Position numbers and translations under genes: made by a program | Shown here: piece by piece, positions 39,653 through 49,692 of the stretch | Position numbering within the stretch: the stretch's first letter is position 1 | Layout: each line of letters starts with the position of its first letter | Notes under the pieces: model-generated | The model's input: the letters and a program-made list of their open reading frames with translations, nothing else | Told to the model about the DNA's origin: nothing | The model's database searches: none | Origin: an uncultured virus (IMG/VR IMGVR_UViG_3300020048_000025) | Lineage: Duplodnaviria; Heunggongvirae; Uroviricota; Caudoviricetes | IMG/VR virus record: IMGVR_UViG_3300020048_000025 | DNA length: 64,000 nt | Direction: 5' to 3' (one strand)

Positions 39653-39922
39653 ATGACCCCATACACCGACATAGAGACAACCGATACATATATCATTCGT
39701 GAATTCAACGAAAATGTAGACCCGATTGAACTACTTTGGCATCGCGACAATGAATCCCGCACCATCGAAATACTAGAGGACACAAATTGGCATATCCAGT
39801 TAGACGATAACTTGCCTACCTCACTAAAAGAACATATATTTATACCTAAACACGCATATCACCGTTTAATTAAAGGTAACGGAACACTCAAACTCAAAAT
39901 ACATAAACATGAACAAATCTGA
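39653..39922 (+). CDS. cupin-like protein
   Basis: WHRD.E.R..FIPK..YHRLIKG. Confidence 0.65.
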   Translation: MTPYTDIETTDTYIIREFNENVDPIELLWHRDNESRTIEILEDTNWHIQLDDNLPTSLKEHIFIPKHAYHRLIKGNGTLKLKIHKHEQI

Positions 39923-40220
39923 TTTACGTAGAATCATCAAGGAAGAAATTCAAAAAACTTTAGAAGACCAATCTACAACTACCGGAGATGAAAATTTATT
40001 TGATGACCTTCCCTCTGTAGACATGCATATTGATGATAATGAATTTATGAGTATTAACATCCAATCAATGTTCCACAGCCCAGATAATGGTAAAATTTAT
40101 ATTTTATTAAAAAACCCTCAAATTAGAGATGCTGTAGTCTATGCTATTCAAAGAGGAGCACAAAAATTATTTAGAAAAACCATCCACGGTTTAGCTGGAG
40201 AACCGTTTAATTTACCTTAA
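39909..40220 (+). CDS. leader-bearing hypothetical protein
   Basis: MNKSDLRRIIKEEIQK. Confidence 0.7.
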   Translation: MNKSDLRRIIKEEIQKTLEDQSTTTGDENLFDDLPSVDMHIDDNEFMSINIQSMFHSPDNGKIYILLKNPQIRDAVVYAIQRGAQKLFRKTIHGLAGEPFNLP

Positions 40221-40232
40221 AAATACACAAAC

Positions 40233-40538
40233 ATGAACAAATCAGATTTACGTCGCATTATCAAAGAAGAAATTCAAAAAGTGGTAGCTGAAGCTACATT
40301 AACCGAATCCAACTTAAAAGACATGCTTCCGGCTGGTCCCGGCACATACAAAATTGAATTCACCACATCAAAACGTGATTCATTTGACGAGGCAACAGTT
40401 ACCGTAACACAAGAGCAAATGGACCTTGCCAAAAAATTGGAAACTAGCGGATACAATTTCTGGAGAGACGCAGCAGAGGAAGCAAACTCAATGTTCACTA
40501 GCGGCGATTCAGTATTGAACGTAACCAAAATCAACTAA
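40233..40538 (+). CDS. leader-bearing hypothetical protein
   Basis: identical 16-aa leader MNKSDLRRIIKEEIQK, unrelated body. Confidence 0.7.
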   Translation: MNKSDLRRIIKEEIQKVVAEATLTESNLKDMLPAGPGTYKIEFTTSKRDSFDEATVTVTQEQMDLAKKLETSGYNFWRDAAEEANSMFTSGDSVLNVTKIN

Positions 40539-40590
40539 TACATCCAGACAGATTCATAGCCTGTTGTCGATTAAATAAATTTATGGAAGC

Positions 40591-40633
40591 TGTGGCTCCT
40601 TACGCGAAAGCGTTTGGAGCCACACTTTATTTT
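40591..40633 (+). terminator. terminator-like hairpin with GAAA tetraloop
   Basis: TGTGGCTCC-TT-ACGC-GAAA-GCGT-TT-GGAGCCACA then CTTTATTTT. Confidence 0.65.
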
Positions 40634-40660
40634 ACGTATATTTAAGCACAAATAAAAGTT

Positions 40661-41134
40661 ATGAACATATTTTACATTGACAATGATCCAAAAAAAGCCG
40701 CGCAGCAACTCGCAGACCCTCATATCTGTAAAATGCAAATCGAAAGCGCACAAATGTGTAGTGTTGCTCACTGGGAAAATGGCTCGAGCGCGCCATACAA
40801 AAAATCGCATACTAATCACCCTTCAACAAAATGGGTACGATCCTCTATACACCATTATAGATGGACTATCCGTCATGGTTTAGAGATATGCGCTGAATTC
40901 GAAAAGCGCTATGGTAAACGCCACAAAACACAAGATGTGCTGGAGTGGTTACGTGACAATGAACCGCGTTTACCCGACGTTAAATTCGTTGATCCTCCGC
41001 AATGCATACCCGATGAGTTCAAACAACAAAACACTGTACAAGCATATCGTACATTCTATGTACAAGATAAAGTTAAAATTAAACAATTAAAATGGAACAA
41101 ACTAAACAATCAACCAACATGGATAAACGAATAG
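40661..41134 (+). CDS. pyrimidine-dimer DNA glycosylase family (endonuclease V-like)
   Basis: MNIFY.D.DP..AA..D.H..KM..ESAQM..NHP..W..Y..RYGK.H..PPQC.P..AYR.FY. Confidence 0.75.
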   Translation: MNIFYIDNDPKKAAQQLADPHICKMQIESAQMCSVAHWENGSSAPYKKSHTNHPSTKWVRSSIHHYRWTIRHGLEICAEFEKRYGKRHKTQDVLEWLRDNEPRLPDVKFVDPPQCIPDEFKQQNTVQAYRTFYVQDKVKIKQLKWNKLNNQPTWINE

Positions 41135-42429
41135 TTATTGTAGGTGGAGGTGTAGCGGGTATAAACGCTGCAACAAAATTAATTGACGGTGGACTTAACG
41201 GAAACAACATCACCATCATCGATGCCGGGAAGGACCCATACAATCGCCAACCAAGTGAGGTTATGCATGGTTTCGCGGGTGCGGGTCTCTTCTCTGATGG
41301 AAAATGGGTATATCTACATAACACTATTGGTGGGCAATTAGCAAAATATACCGGTGAAGAAAAAGCAGACCAATTGATTGACGAATCTTGGCAATATATC
41401 TTACGTTTCCACCCAGAACCAGACAAAGTAATGTTTTCCAACCCGGTAGATGAGCCAGAATTCATCAAACCATACTTCAATTTACGTATGGCTCCTACAT
41501 ACCACATTGGTACTAATTATTTACACGATATGGGTAAACGATGGTACGATTGGTTAGTGGAACAGGGTGTTAATTTCGTATGGGAAACCAAAGTAAACGA
41601 CATTGATTTCAATTCACAGGAGGTGTGGATCGACGATGACCAAAGTATCACTGGAATATCATCTATCCGATACGACAAATTAATTTACGGTACAGGTAAA
41701 TCTGGTATTGACTTAACACAACAATTAATCAACAAATACAATTTACGTAAAGAACCTAAGTCGGTGCAAATTGGTGTGCGTATGGAATTACCACAAAAAT
41801 ACATGCAACCAATAGTTGATATATCATACGATTTCAAGCTATATCAAAAACCAAATGAGCGCGTTTCATTGCGCACATTTTGCTCAAACAACAATGCAGC
41901 GTATGTAGCTGAAGAAGAAACGTACGGTATGAAATCATACAATGGTCATAGTTTCAAACAAGACGACATGATTAACAACATAACCAATTTTGGTATCATT
42001 ATGGAAATCAAGGGCATCGATAACCCATTTGAATTCCAAAAGAAACTGGTGGGTAAATGTCAAGATGGCAAGAACGGGCTATACTATTCACCTGGAAATT
42101 ACCGTAAACCATCATCCAACGCTGAAGGGCACGACATGAACATCACACAAATTGATTGGATGGGATTGCTTAATGTATCTGATGCATTTGAAGGATATTT
42201 CGAATACATAGTGGATTTCATACATGACTTAAACCAAGTATTCCAGTTCGGCAACGACTATGGTATATACATTCCTGAGGTGAAATTCTTGAGCGAGGAA
42301 GTACTTGTAAACTACGATAATTTATCATTGATAGATTACCCGAACGTTCACTTTGTAGGCGATAGCTTATCATCCAGGGGCATTGCTGTTAGTGCAGCAC
42401 ATGGGGTGTTGGTAGGGTCTGCCATTTAA
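41119..42429 (+). CDS. FAD-dependent oxidoreductase
   Basis: IVIVGGGVAG, GFAGAGLFSDGK, IGVRME, RTFC.N, FVGD..RGI. Confidence 0.85.
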   Translation: MDKRIVIVGGGVAGINAATKLIDGGLNGNNITIIDAGKDPYNRQPSEVMHGFAGAGLFSDGKWVYLHNTIGGQLAKYTGEEKADQLIDESWQYILRFHPEPDKVMFSNPVDEPEFIKPYFNLRMAPTYHIGTNYLHDMGKRWYDWLVEQGVNFVWETKVNDIDFNSQEVWIDDDQSITGISSIRYDKLIYGTGKSGIDLTQQLINKYNLRKEPKSVQIGVRMELPQKYMQPIVDISYDFKLYQKPNERVSLRTFCSNNNAAYVAEEETYGMKSYNGHSFKQDDMINNITNFGIIMEIKGIDNPFEFQKKLVGKCQDGKNGLYYSPGNYRKPSSNAEGHDMNITQIDWMGLLNVSDAFEGYFEYIVDFIHDLNQVFQFGNDYGIYIPEVKFLSEEVLVNYDNLSLIDYPNVHFVGDSLSSRGIAVSAAHGVLVGSAI

Positions 42430-42511
42430 TCATATTTATTACCATAACCACCTCAAATATATATGTTATGGAAAATGAATGGGAACAGGGCGACATCATC
42501 GAGTTCTAGAG

Positions 42512-42537
42512 AAGCTTGGCATAGCCAAGCTTTATTT
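42512..42537 (+). terminator. hairpin terminator overlapping a promoter TTG
   Basis: AAGCTTGGC-ATA-GCCAAGCTT-TATTT. Confidence 0.65.
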
Positions 42538-42568
42538 GTATATTATTTACAATCAAAATATAAGTTAT

Positions 42569-43111
42569 ATGGCTAAAGTTGGATTTACTGGCACAACAAG
42601 CGTAGGCAAAACTACACTAGTAAACGCACTCAAACAATTACCTGAATTTGACGGGTATGTATTTGCTACTGAGCGTTCAAAATATTTACGTGATTTGGGT
42701 ATACCATTAAACACAGATTCAACCATCAAGGGACAAATAGTGTTCATGGCTGAACGATCTTCAGAATTACTCCACCCATCCATAATCACTGATCGAACAA
42801 TAATTGACGTGATCGCATTCACTGAATTATCCAAATCTATACCATTCTATCAAAAAGTAGATTTCCGTAATCTAGCATATAATTTAATTTCGGAATACGA
42901 CTATATATTCTATATATCTCCTGATGGAGTAGATATCGAAGACAATGGGGTACGAACAATAGATCCAGTATATAGAATGGCTATCGACAATGAAATTCGA
43001 AACATATGTCGTAAACATTCAACACAAATGAAAAACTACGCAGAATTAACGGGGTCCGTCGATGAGAGGGTGCAGAAAGTTAAACAGACATTATTCCCCA
43101 CATATTTATAA
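42569..43111 (+). CDS. AAA_28/NadR-like P-loop kinase (possible dNMP kinase)
   Basis: GFTGTTSVGKTTL, ITDRTIID, YDYIFY..EDNGVR. Confidence 0.8.
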   Translation: MAKVGFTGTTSVGKTTLVNALKQLPEFDGYVFATERSKYLRDLGIPLNTDSTIKGQIVFMAERSSELLHPSIITDRTIIDVIAFTELSKSIPFYQKVDFRNLAYNLISEYDYIFYISPDGVDIEDNGVRTIDPVYRMAIDNEIRNICRKHSTQMKNYAELTGSVDERVQKVKQTLFPTYL

Positions 43112-43127
43112 TTAAAATCATATTCAA

Positions 43128-44123
43128 ATGAAGAAAAATTACTTAATGGAAATCATCCGCGAGGAAATATCTAGTTACTTAGGTGAAAACGAACCAATGT
43201 ACGCATCACCACAAGATCAACAACGTGAAATGAATGGCATGTTGGATCAAGTAGAAAACTTGAAAAAATTGCGTGATGACTTAGATGCACAAATTGCACA
43301 ATTAGAAGCAATTGCAAACACGTTTAATGTAAACGAAGCTGGATTGTTTGGTTTGAAAGACCCTAAAAACGCATCCAAAGGATTTGCAGCAACTCTCGAC
43401 CCAGATGATGCTACTGAAAAATCACCAGAATTTCAAAGTAAATACAAAAAATTATCCGAAGAAGAAGAGCAATTGGATGAAATGGCTAAAATAACAGAAC
43501 CTATCCAAGCTGCTATTACTATTGCCACTAATAGACTCAAATCACAATTCCCAGAAATTACCGCAGACCAAATAAAAAATATCATCACAAGTAAGAAAAA
43601 ATCACCTGAATACGCACCTGAATTAGTGAAAGCGTTAGAGGATGATGAAAAAATGTATGGTGGTGGTCAAAAATATACTATTGGAATAGGTGGACCTCAA
43701 ACACTACGCGCAGTAAAAAAAGCCTTAGGCGAATATGAACCAGGACCACGTGGTCCTAAAGCAGGTGAACCTAAAGCAGCAGCTGAACCGAAAGCAAAAT
43801 CATCATCAACTGAAAAACCTGCAGCTGCACCTAAAGCAGAAAAACCTGCATCAACAAAACCGGCACCTGCAAAAGCTGAACCGAAAGCGAAAATGGAACC
43901 AGAAGACAAAGCAGATGCAGCAGCAATGAAAGCGGCATCAAAATCAAAAGGTGGTACTACACGCGCTGAAAAATACGGTATGTTGAGAAATGAACTGGAA
44001 AGAGTTACAGCAGAACTTAAATCATTAGCTGGTTCACCAGACATGGATACACGTAAAAAATTGACAGCAGATAAAATGCGCATTGAAATGGAAATGGACA
44101 AATTAAAACAAATTGCAATATAA
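43128..44123 (+). CDS. putative internal head protein with Ala/Pro/Lys-rich linker
   Basis: LMEIIREEI leader; VNE/LSE/LDE sites; late motif. Confidence 0.6.
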   Translation: MKKNYLMEIIREEISSYLGENEPMYASPQDQQREMNGMLDQVENLKKLRDDLDAQIAQLEAIANTFNVNEAGLFGLKDPKNASKGFAATLDPDDATEKSPEFQSKYKKLSEEEEQLDEMAKITEPIQAAITIATNRLKSQFPEITADQIKNIITSKKKSPEYAPELVKALEDDEKMYGGGQKYTIGIGGPQTLRAVKKALGEYEPGPRGPKAGEPKAAAEPKAKSSSTEKPAAAPKAEKPASTKPAPAKAEPKAKMEPEDKADAAAMKAASKSKGGTTRAEKYGMLRNELERVTAELKSLAGSPDMDTRKKLTADKMRIEMEMDKLKQIAI

Positions 44124-44129
44124 TTATTC

Positions 44130-44483
44130 ATGAACGACAGGGTAATACAAATCAATCTATCAACGGTAATACTATTATGTATTACCCTTGTTGTCTCATT
44201 CCTATATTTGAAATCATGTAAACATGAACCACTTGATTTCACTCAACAAAAACAACAACTCGACAGCATATCAAAAGTCATACAACACCTACAATCCCAA
44301 CAACACAAACTGGATGGTGTATTAGTGAATCATTCACATTCAATAGACTCCATTAACTTGGTTATTGATAAAACACAACAAAACATAATCAACATACGCT
44401 CGTATTATGATGGTAAAATTAAGAATATTAACAGTTATACTTCTACTCAACTGTACAGTTTTTTCACAAACCGATACAAATAA
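44130..44483 (+). CDS. i-spanin-like membrane coiled-coil protein
   Basis: N-terminal TM helix plus periplasmic coiled coil; overlaps the next gene. Confidence 0.5.
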   Translation: MNDRVIQINLSTVILLCITLVVSFLYLKSCKHEPLDFTQQKQQLDSISKVIQHLQSQQHKLDGVLVNHSHSIDSINLVIDKTQQNIINIRSYYDGKIKNINSYTSTQLYSFFTNRYK

Positions 44484-44835
44484 AATTTGCTTGCCATACA
44501 AAACGGCACAAAACGTAGCAAAAGATTTGATTCAATGTGACGCTATCCGAGCAGAACTAAACGAAACCAATCACTTGGTATCCAACCAGCGCTCACTCAT
44601 ATTATTGAAGGACAGTGTGATATCAACATACCGTGAAAAAACAATCAACTACCAAAATCAAATATCGTCATATTCCCAAAACCAACTTATCCAAAACGAC
44701 ATGATTTTCAAACTCGAAACAGAGAATGAAACGTTGGGGGAAAAGTTGTCGTTTTACCAAACAGCCACTGGTTATTTAACTGGTGGATTGGTTGCGGTGA
44801 TAGGTTTACTTACATTCATCGTAACTGCAAAATAA
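44407..44835 (+). CDS. secreted/membrane spanin-like partner
   Basis: signal peptide, coiled coil, C-terminal TM helix. Confidence 0.45.
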   Translation: MMVKLRILTVILLLNCTVFSQTDTNKICLPYKTAQNVAKDLIQCDAIRAELNETNHLVSNQRSLILLKDSVISTYREKTINYQNQISSYSQNQLIQNDMIFKLETENETLGEKLSFYQTATGYLTGGLVAVIGLLTFIVTAK

Positions 44836-46416
44836 ATGGAAGAAAGCAAGAAGAGTCTTCGCGAAATAATCAAGGACGAGTATATCAAGTGTGCAACATC
44901 ACCAAGCTACTTCATGAAAAAATATTGCTACATCCAGCATCCAAAACGCGGACGTATCCAATTTAACCTATACCCATTCCAGGAGAAAGTACTCACCCTA
45001 TTCCAAGAAAACCCGTACTCCATCGTACTCAAATCTAGACAGTTAGGTATATCAACCCTAGCTGCTGGATATTCATTGTGGATGATGTTATTCCAGCAAG
45101 ACAAAAACATACTTTGCATTGCAACCAAGCAGGATACCGCTAAAAACATGGTAACCAAGGTAAAATTCATGTACGATAATTTACCAACGTGGTTAAAAGA
45201 AAAAGACAAACCAACCGAATTCAATAAACTCACCCTCCGCTTAAACAACGGCTCGCAAATCAAAGCAACATCAGCTTCATCCGATGCCGGTAGATCTGAA
45301 GCAGTATCTTTGTTACTAATCGATGAGGCAGCGTTCATTAACAACATCGGTGAGATATGGGCATCAGCTCAACAAACATTAGCAACTGGTGGGGGCTGTA
45401 TAGCACTATCCACTCCATATGGTACCGGTAACTGGTTCCACAAGACATGGGTTGCTTCCGAGTTGGGCGAAAACAGTTTCCTTCCTATCCGCCTACCATG
45501 GCAAGTACATCCCGAACGTAACCAAGAGTGGCGCGACAGACAAGACTCCGATTTGGGTCATAGAATGGCAGAACAAGAATGTGATTGTAACTTTGCTACA
45601 TCCGGTGATACCGTATTCTACCCAGAGGATATAGCATTCTACGAGCAGTCATTTACCCGTGAACCACTAGAGAAACGCGGCATTGACCAAAACCTGTGGA
45701 TATGGGAGCCCGCTGATTATTCACGCAACTATTTAATTGCGGCCGATGTGGCTCGAGGCGACGGAAAAGATTATTCAACATTCCATATCATCGATGTTGA
45801 AAATTTCACCCAAGTTGGTGAATACCGTGGACAACTAGGCACGAAAGAATTTGGCTATTTGCTAGTGGGTATTGCCACTGAATATAACAACGCATTATTA
45901 GCAATTGAGAACTCATCCATTGGTTGGTCTACAGTACAAACTGTAATTGAACGTGGTTACCAAAACCTATACCATACACCTCGTGGTAGCATAGCAAACT
46001 CATTCTTTGACCCATTCATGGATACCAACAAAATGACTGCTGGATTTTCATTAACCCAGGCAACACGACCTATTGCCATAGGAAAGTTCCAAGAGGCTGT
46101 GGTAGACAAAAGTGCTATCGTATATTCCGCTAGATTGCTTGAAGAAATGAAAGTATTCATATGGAAAAACGGTAGACCGGAAGCACAAACTGGATACAAC
46201 GATGATTTAATCATGGCATTTGCTGTGGCCTGTTATTTACGTGAGACGTCATTTAAAATGAGGCAACAAGGAATGGACATGTCTCGTAGTATGCTTAACA
46301 GTATGTCAACATCTACCAACCCATATTCTGGAGGTTATTCAACAAACAACAATCCAAACCCATACAATATCCAAAACCCATATGGTGGGAGTGAGGATAT
46401 CTCGTGGTTACTTTGA
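44836..46416 (+). CDS. terminase large subunit (T4 gp17-like)
   Basis: LYPFQ, KSRQLGIS, LLLIDEAAF, STP.G, DVARGDGKDYS, DDLIMA. Confidence 0.95.
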   Translation: MEESKKSLREIIKDEYIKCATSPSYFMKKYCYIQHPKRGRIQFNLYPFQEKVLTLFQENPYSIVLKSRQLGISTLAAGYSLWMMLFQQDKNILCIATKQDTAKNMVTKVKFMYDNLPTWLKEKDKPTEFNKLTLRLNNGSQIKATSASSDAGRSEAVSLLLIDEAAFINNIGEIWASAQQTLATGGGCIALSTPYGTGNWFHKTWVASELGENSFLPIRLPWQVHPERNQEWRDRQDSDLGHRMAEQECDCNFATSGDTVFYPEDIAFYEQSFTREPLEKRGIDQNLWIWEPADYSRNYLIAADVARGDGKDYSTFHIIDVENFTQVGEYRGQLGTKEFGYLLVGIATEYNNALLAIENSSIGWSTVQTVIERGYQNLYHTPRGSIANSFFDPFMDTNKMTAGFSLTQATRPIAIGKFQEAVVDKSAIVYSARLLEEMKVFIWKNGRPEAQTGYNDDLIMAFAVACYLRETSFKMRQQGMDMSRSMLNSMSTSTNPYSGGYSTNNNPNPYNIQNPYGGSEDISWLL

Positions 46417-46441
46417 TTTTTATATTTAAACAAAACAAAAC

Positions 46442-48340
46442 ATGGCAGAAGTTAATTTACTTTCCCGACTAAAACGGTTATTTTCAACAGATGTAATCAT
46501 ACGCAATGAAGGTGGCGGTTTGAAAGTTATGGACATCAATAAAATCCAGCAATCTGGTAAGTACGAAACCAATTCATTGGTAGACCGATTTAGTAGAATA
46601 TGGACAAACACACACACATCCATATATGGTTATCAAAGTAGCTTCAATTACCAAACACTACGCCCCACATTGTATTCAGAATACGATGCAATGGACACTG
46701 ACGCAATTGTAGCATCCGCACTGGATATTATCGCTGATGAAAGTACATTGAAAAACGACATGGGCGAAATACTTCAAATCCGCAGCTCGGACGAGGAAAT
46801 ACAGCAAATACTATACAATTTATTCTACGATGTATTGAATGTTGAATTCAATTTATGGCCATGGGTTAGAGGTATGTGCAAATATGGTGATTTTTTCCTT
46901 AAACTGGAAATATCTGAAAAATTTGGTGTATATAATGTAATCCCATTCAACGCATTCCATATTGAAAGACAAGACGGATATGACCGCGATAACCCATCAT
47001 CTGCTAGATTCAAATTCCAGCCAGATGGTGTATCATCACCTTCAAACTATGGCTACTACAATGTACCTAATTCAGCAAATCAAGCAAACGATGTATATTT
47101 CGACAATTACGAAATGGCACATTTCCGCCTATTAACCGACACCAACTTTTTACCATATGGTAGATCGTATTTGGAACCGGGCCGTAAATTGTTCAAGCAA
47201 TATACAATGATGGAGGATGCTATGTTGATTCACAGAATTGTACGTGCACCTGAAAAACGCATATTCTATATTAACGTAGGAAATATAGCGCCAAATGAAG
47301 TGGAAAACTTCATGCAAAAAACAATCAGCAAAATGAAACGTACCCCGTACATTGATCAACAAACGGGTGACTACAACTTAAAATACAACATGCAAAACTT
47401 ACTGGAAGATTTCTATATTCCGGTACGTGGAAACGACAACAACGCAACTAAAATCGATAATTTAGGTGGTTTACAATACGATGGAATCAAGGATGTAGAA
47501 TACTTACGCGACAAATTATTTGCAGCACTTAAAGTACCTAAAGCATTCATGGGTTACGAAAAAGACTTAACCGGTAAATCAACGTTAGCGGCTGAAGATA
47601 TTCGTTTTGCGCGCACTATATCTCGTATCCAAAGCATCATGGTATCCGAATTAACCAAAATTGCATTGGTGCATTTATATTCACAAGGCTACACTGACGA
47701 AAATTTAACCAATTTCGAATTGACATTAACTAATCCGTCAATTATATTCGAACAAGAGAAAGTAGCATTGTTGAAAGAGAAAGTGGAATTAGCCACATCA
47801 ATGATCGACAACAAAATATTCCCAACCGATTTCGTATACGAACATTTATTCCAGCTTAGCGAGGACAAATTCGATGAATATAGAGACTTGATCCTACAAG
47901 ATGCTAAGCGTAAGTTTAGAGTAAATCAAGTAGAGAACGAAGGAAACGACCCACTCGAAACTGGTAAGTCATATGGTACACCACATGATTTAGCATCGCT
48001 ATATGGGCGCGGTAGATACGAGGAAGGTGAGGTGCCTGAAGGATACGACGAGAAAAAACCACTTGGTCGCCCTGAAGAAAAAGTAACTGACCGCAACACA
48101 CAAGACCACCCATTCGGCAAAGATTTACTAGGTGTGATGGGTATGAAAAAAGACAACGACGAATCAGATTCAATCAAACCACAATACAAAGGCGGTTCCC
48201 CGTTAGCGCTTGAATCAAAAAAGAACAACAAACGCAATACTGAATTGTTCAATCAAATCAACAAAAGCAAGAAACGCATTATCTTTGAATCAGACATCCA
48301 GGGAAATTCGCTATTAGATGAATCACAGATACGAGAGTAA
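46442..48340 (+). CDS. portal protein (T4 gp20-like)
   Basis: MEDAMLIHRIVRAPEKRIFYINVGN, EDFYIPVR, LFAALKVPK. Confidence 0.95.
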   Translation: MAEVNLLSRLKRLFSTDVIIRNEGGGLKVMDINKIQQSGKYETNSLVDRFSRIWTNTHTSIYGYQSSFNYQTLRPTLYSEYDAMDTDAIVASALDIIADESTLKNDMGEILQIRSSDEEIQQILYNLFYDVLNVEFNLWPWVRGMCKYGDFFLKLEISEKFGVYNVIPFNAFHIERQDGYDRDNPSSARFKFQPDGVSSPSNYGYYNVPNSANQANDVYFDNYEMAHFRLLTDTNFLPYGRSYLEPGRKLFKQYTMMEDAMLIHRIVRAPEKRIFYINVGNIAPNEVENFMQKTISKMKRTPYIDQQTGDYNLKYNMQNLLEDFYIPVRGNDNNATKIDNLGGLQYDGIKDVEYLRDKLFAALKVPKAFMGYEKDLTGKSTLAAEDIRFARTISRIQSIMVSELTKIALVHLYSQGYTDENLTNFELTLTNPSIIFEQEKVALLKEKVELATSMIDNKIFPTDFVYEHLFQLSEDKFDEYRDLILQDAKRKFRVNQVENEGNDPLETGKSYGTPHDLASLYGRGRYEEGEVPEGYDEKKPLGRPEEKVTDRNTQDHPFGKDLLGVMGMKKDNDESDSIKPQYKGGSPLALESKKNNKRNTELFNQINKSKKRIIFESDIQGNSLLDESQIRE

Positions 48341-48380
48341 TACCTCTCCATATATTTATAATTAAATTAAACTATACAGA

Positions 48381-49244
48381 ATGAATCTTATAAAACATTC
48401 GAAGATAAAAAATACAGGCATTCTATTTGAATTGCTGGTTCGCCAAATTACTGCGGACACGTTAGATGGAAAAGATTCACCAGTAAAGGATTTACTGAAA
48501 AAATATTTTGTGAAAACTGAATTGGGGCGTGAATATAAATTGTACGAAACATTATTGAAAAAAACCACCCTCACCGAAACCAAAGCAAACATAATCGTCA
48601 ATACATTAATTGAGTCATCAAAAATACTCAACCGCGGTACGATTAAACGTCAAAAATACAATTTGATTAAAGAAATCAAAGACCACTACAACATAGAGCA
48701 ATTCTTCAACCACAAATTACCCAACTACAAGGTATATGCGGCATTTTACACATTGCTCGAAACATATAACTACCCACAAATCGCAATTAACCCGGAGCAA
48801 ATAATCAACAATAAAATCACAATACTTGAACATTTAACTGCCGCACCAATCACTGAAAAGAAAGTGGCAGATGATGTTATGGACGCATTTATAAACGAAG
48901 ACAAAGATGTGCGTTTATTGTCGTATAAAATATCCATGGAGAAATTCAACACAAAATACAACAATTTCACTCCGGAACAAAAAGCAATACTAAAAGAATA
49001 CATGAATTCAGTAGACAACACAACACGACTAAAAGAATTCTACACAAACAAGACCACTGAAATCAAAAACCAATTACAACTACTCAACACCAACACACAT
49101 AACCCAGTAACCCAAATCAAAATAAACGAAATTATTTCATTGATAGGCACACCTGGAAAAAACCAACGAATCAAAGACCACAACGTAATTGATTTATTGC
49201 AATATTATGATTTAATTAAAGAATTGGAACATGCCAACGGATAG
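48381..49244 (+). CDS. prohead core-associated protein
   Basis: between portal and protease; KHSKIKNTGILFELL. Confidence 0.6.
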   Translation: MNLIKHSKIKNTGILFELLVRQITADTLDGKDSPVKDLLKKYFVKTELGREYKLYETLLKKTTLTETKANIIVNTLIESSKILNRGTIKRQKYNLIKEIKDHYNIEQFFNHKLPNYKVYAAFYTLLETYNYPQIAINPEQIINNKITILEHLTAAPITEKKVADDVMDAFINEDKDVRLLSYKISMEKFNTKYNNFTPEQKAILKEYMNSVDNTTRLKEFYTNKTTEIKNQLQLLNTNTHNPVTQIKINEIISLIGTPGKNQRIKDHNVIDLLQYYDLIKELEHANG

Positions 49245-49692
49245 AATACGCAAAATAATCCAGTCCGTATTAAAGGAAACAAGCGCTACCTCACAAGGTG
49301 GTGCATCGTTTTCACCTGGCGCTGGTGAACAATATGCTACACCTAGGGCATTCAACAAAAACAAAAACGCAAAGGGCGCTGCAACAAAATACTACTACAA
49401 ATTGGGATACAAACCTGTACCAAACAAAATTAAAGGATCTGATTTAGAAGTAAAACAGTTATTTGAAGTGGAACCCGTTAATGAAATGAATAATTTCCAG
49501 CAAGAACGCATAGCCGCGTTCGATGACATAGAAACGCGTTTAAACGCAATATATCCACTTGTTTCCAACGCAAAAAATGAGACAGTAGAATACTACAATG
49601 AACATCCTGGTTCATACGATATATTTAAATCAACCGAGATGATTTTAGATTACCTCAAAAACATCGAAACACTACTAACCGCAACAAAATGA
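49231..49692 (+). CDS. hypothetical head-module protein
   Basis: IRKIIQSVLKE leader; context. Confidence 0.65.
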   Translation: MPTDRIRKIIQSVLKETSATSQGGASFSPGAGEQYATPRAFNKNKNAKGAATKYYYKLGYKPVPNKIKGSDLEVKQLFEVEPVNEMNNFQQERIAAFDDIETRLNAIYPLVSNAKNETVEYYNEHPGSYDIFKSTEMILDYLKNIETLLTATK

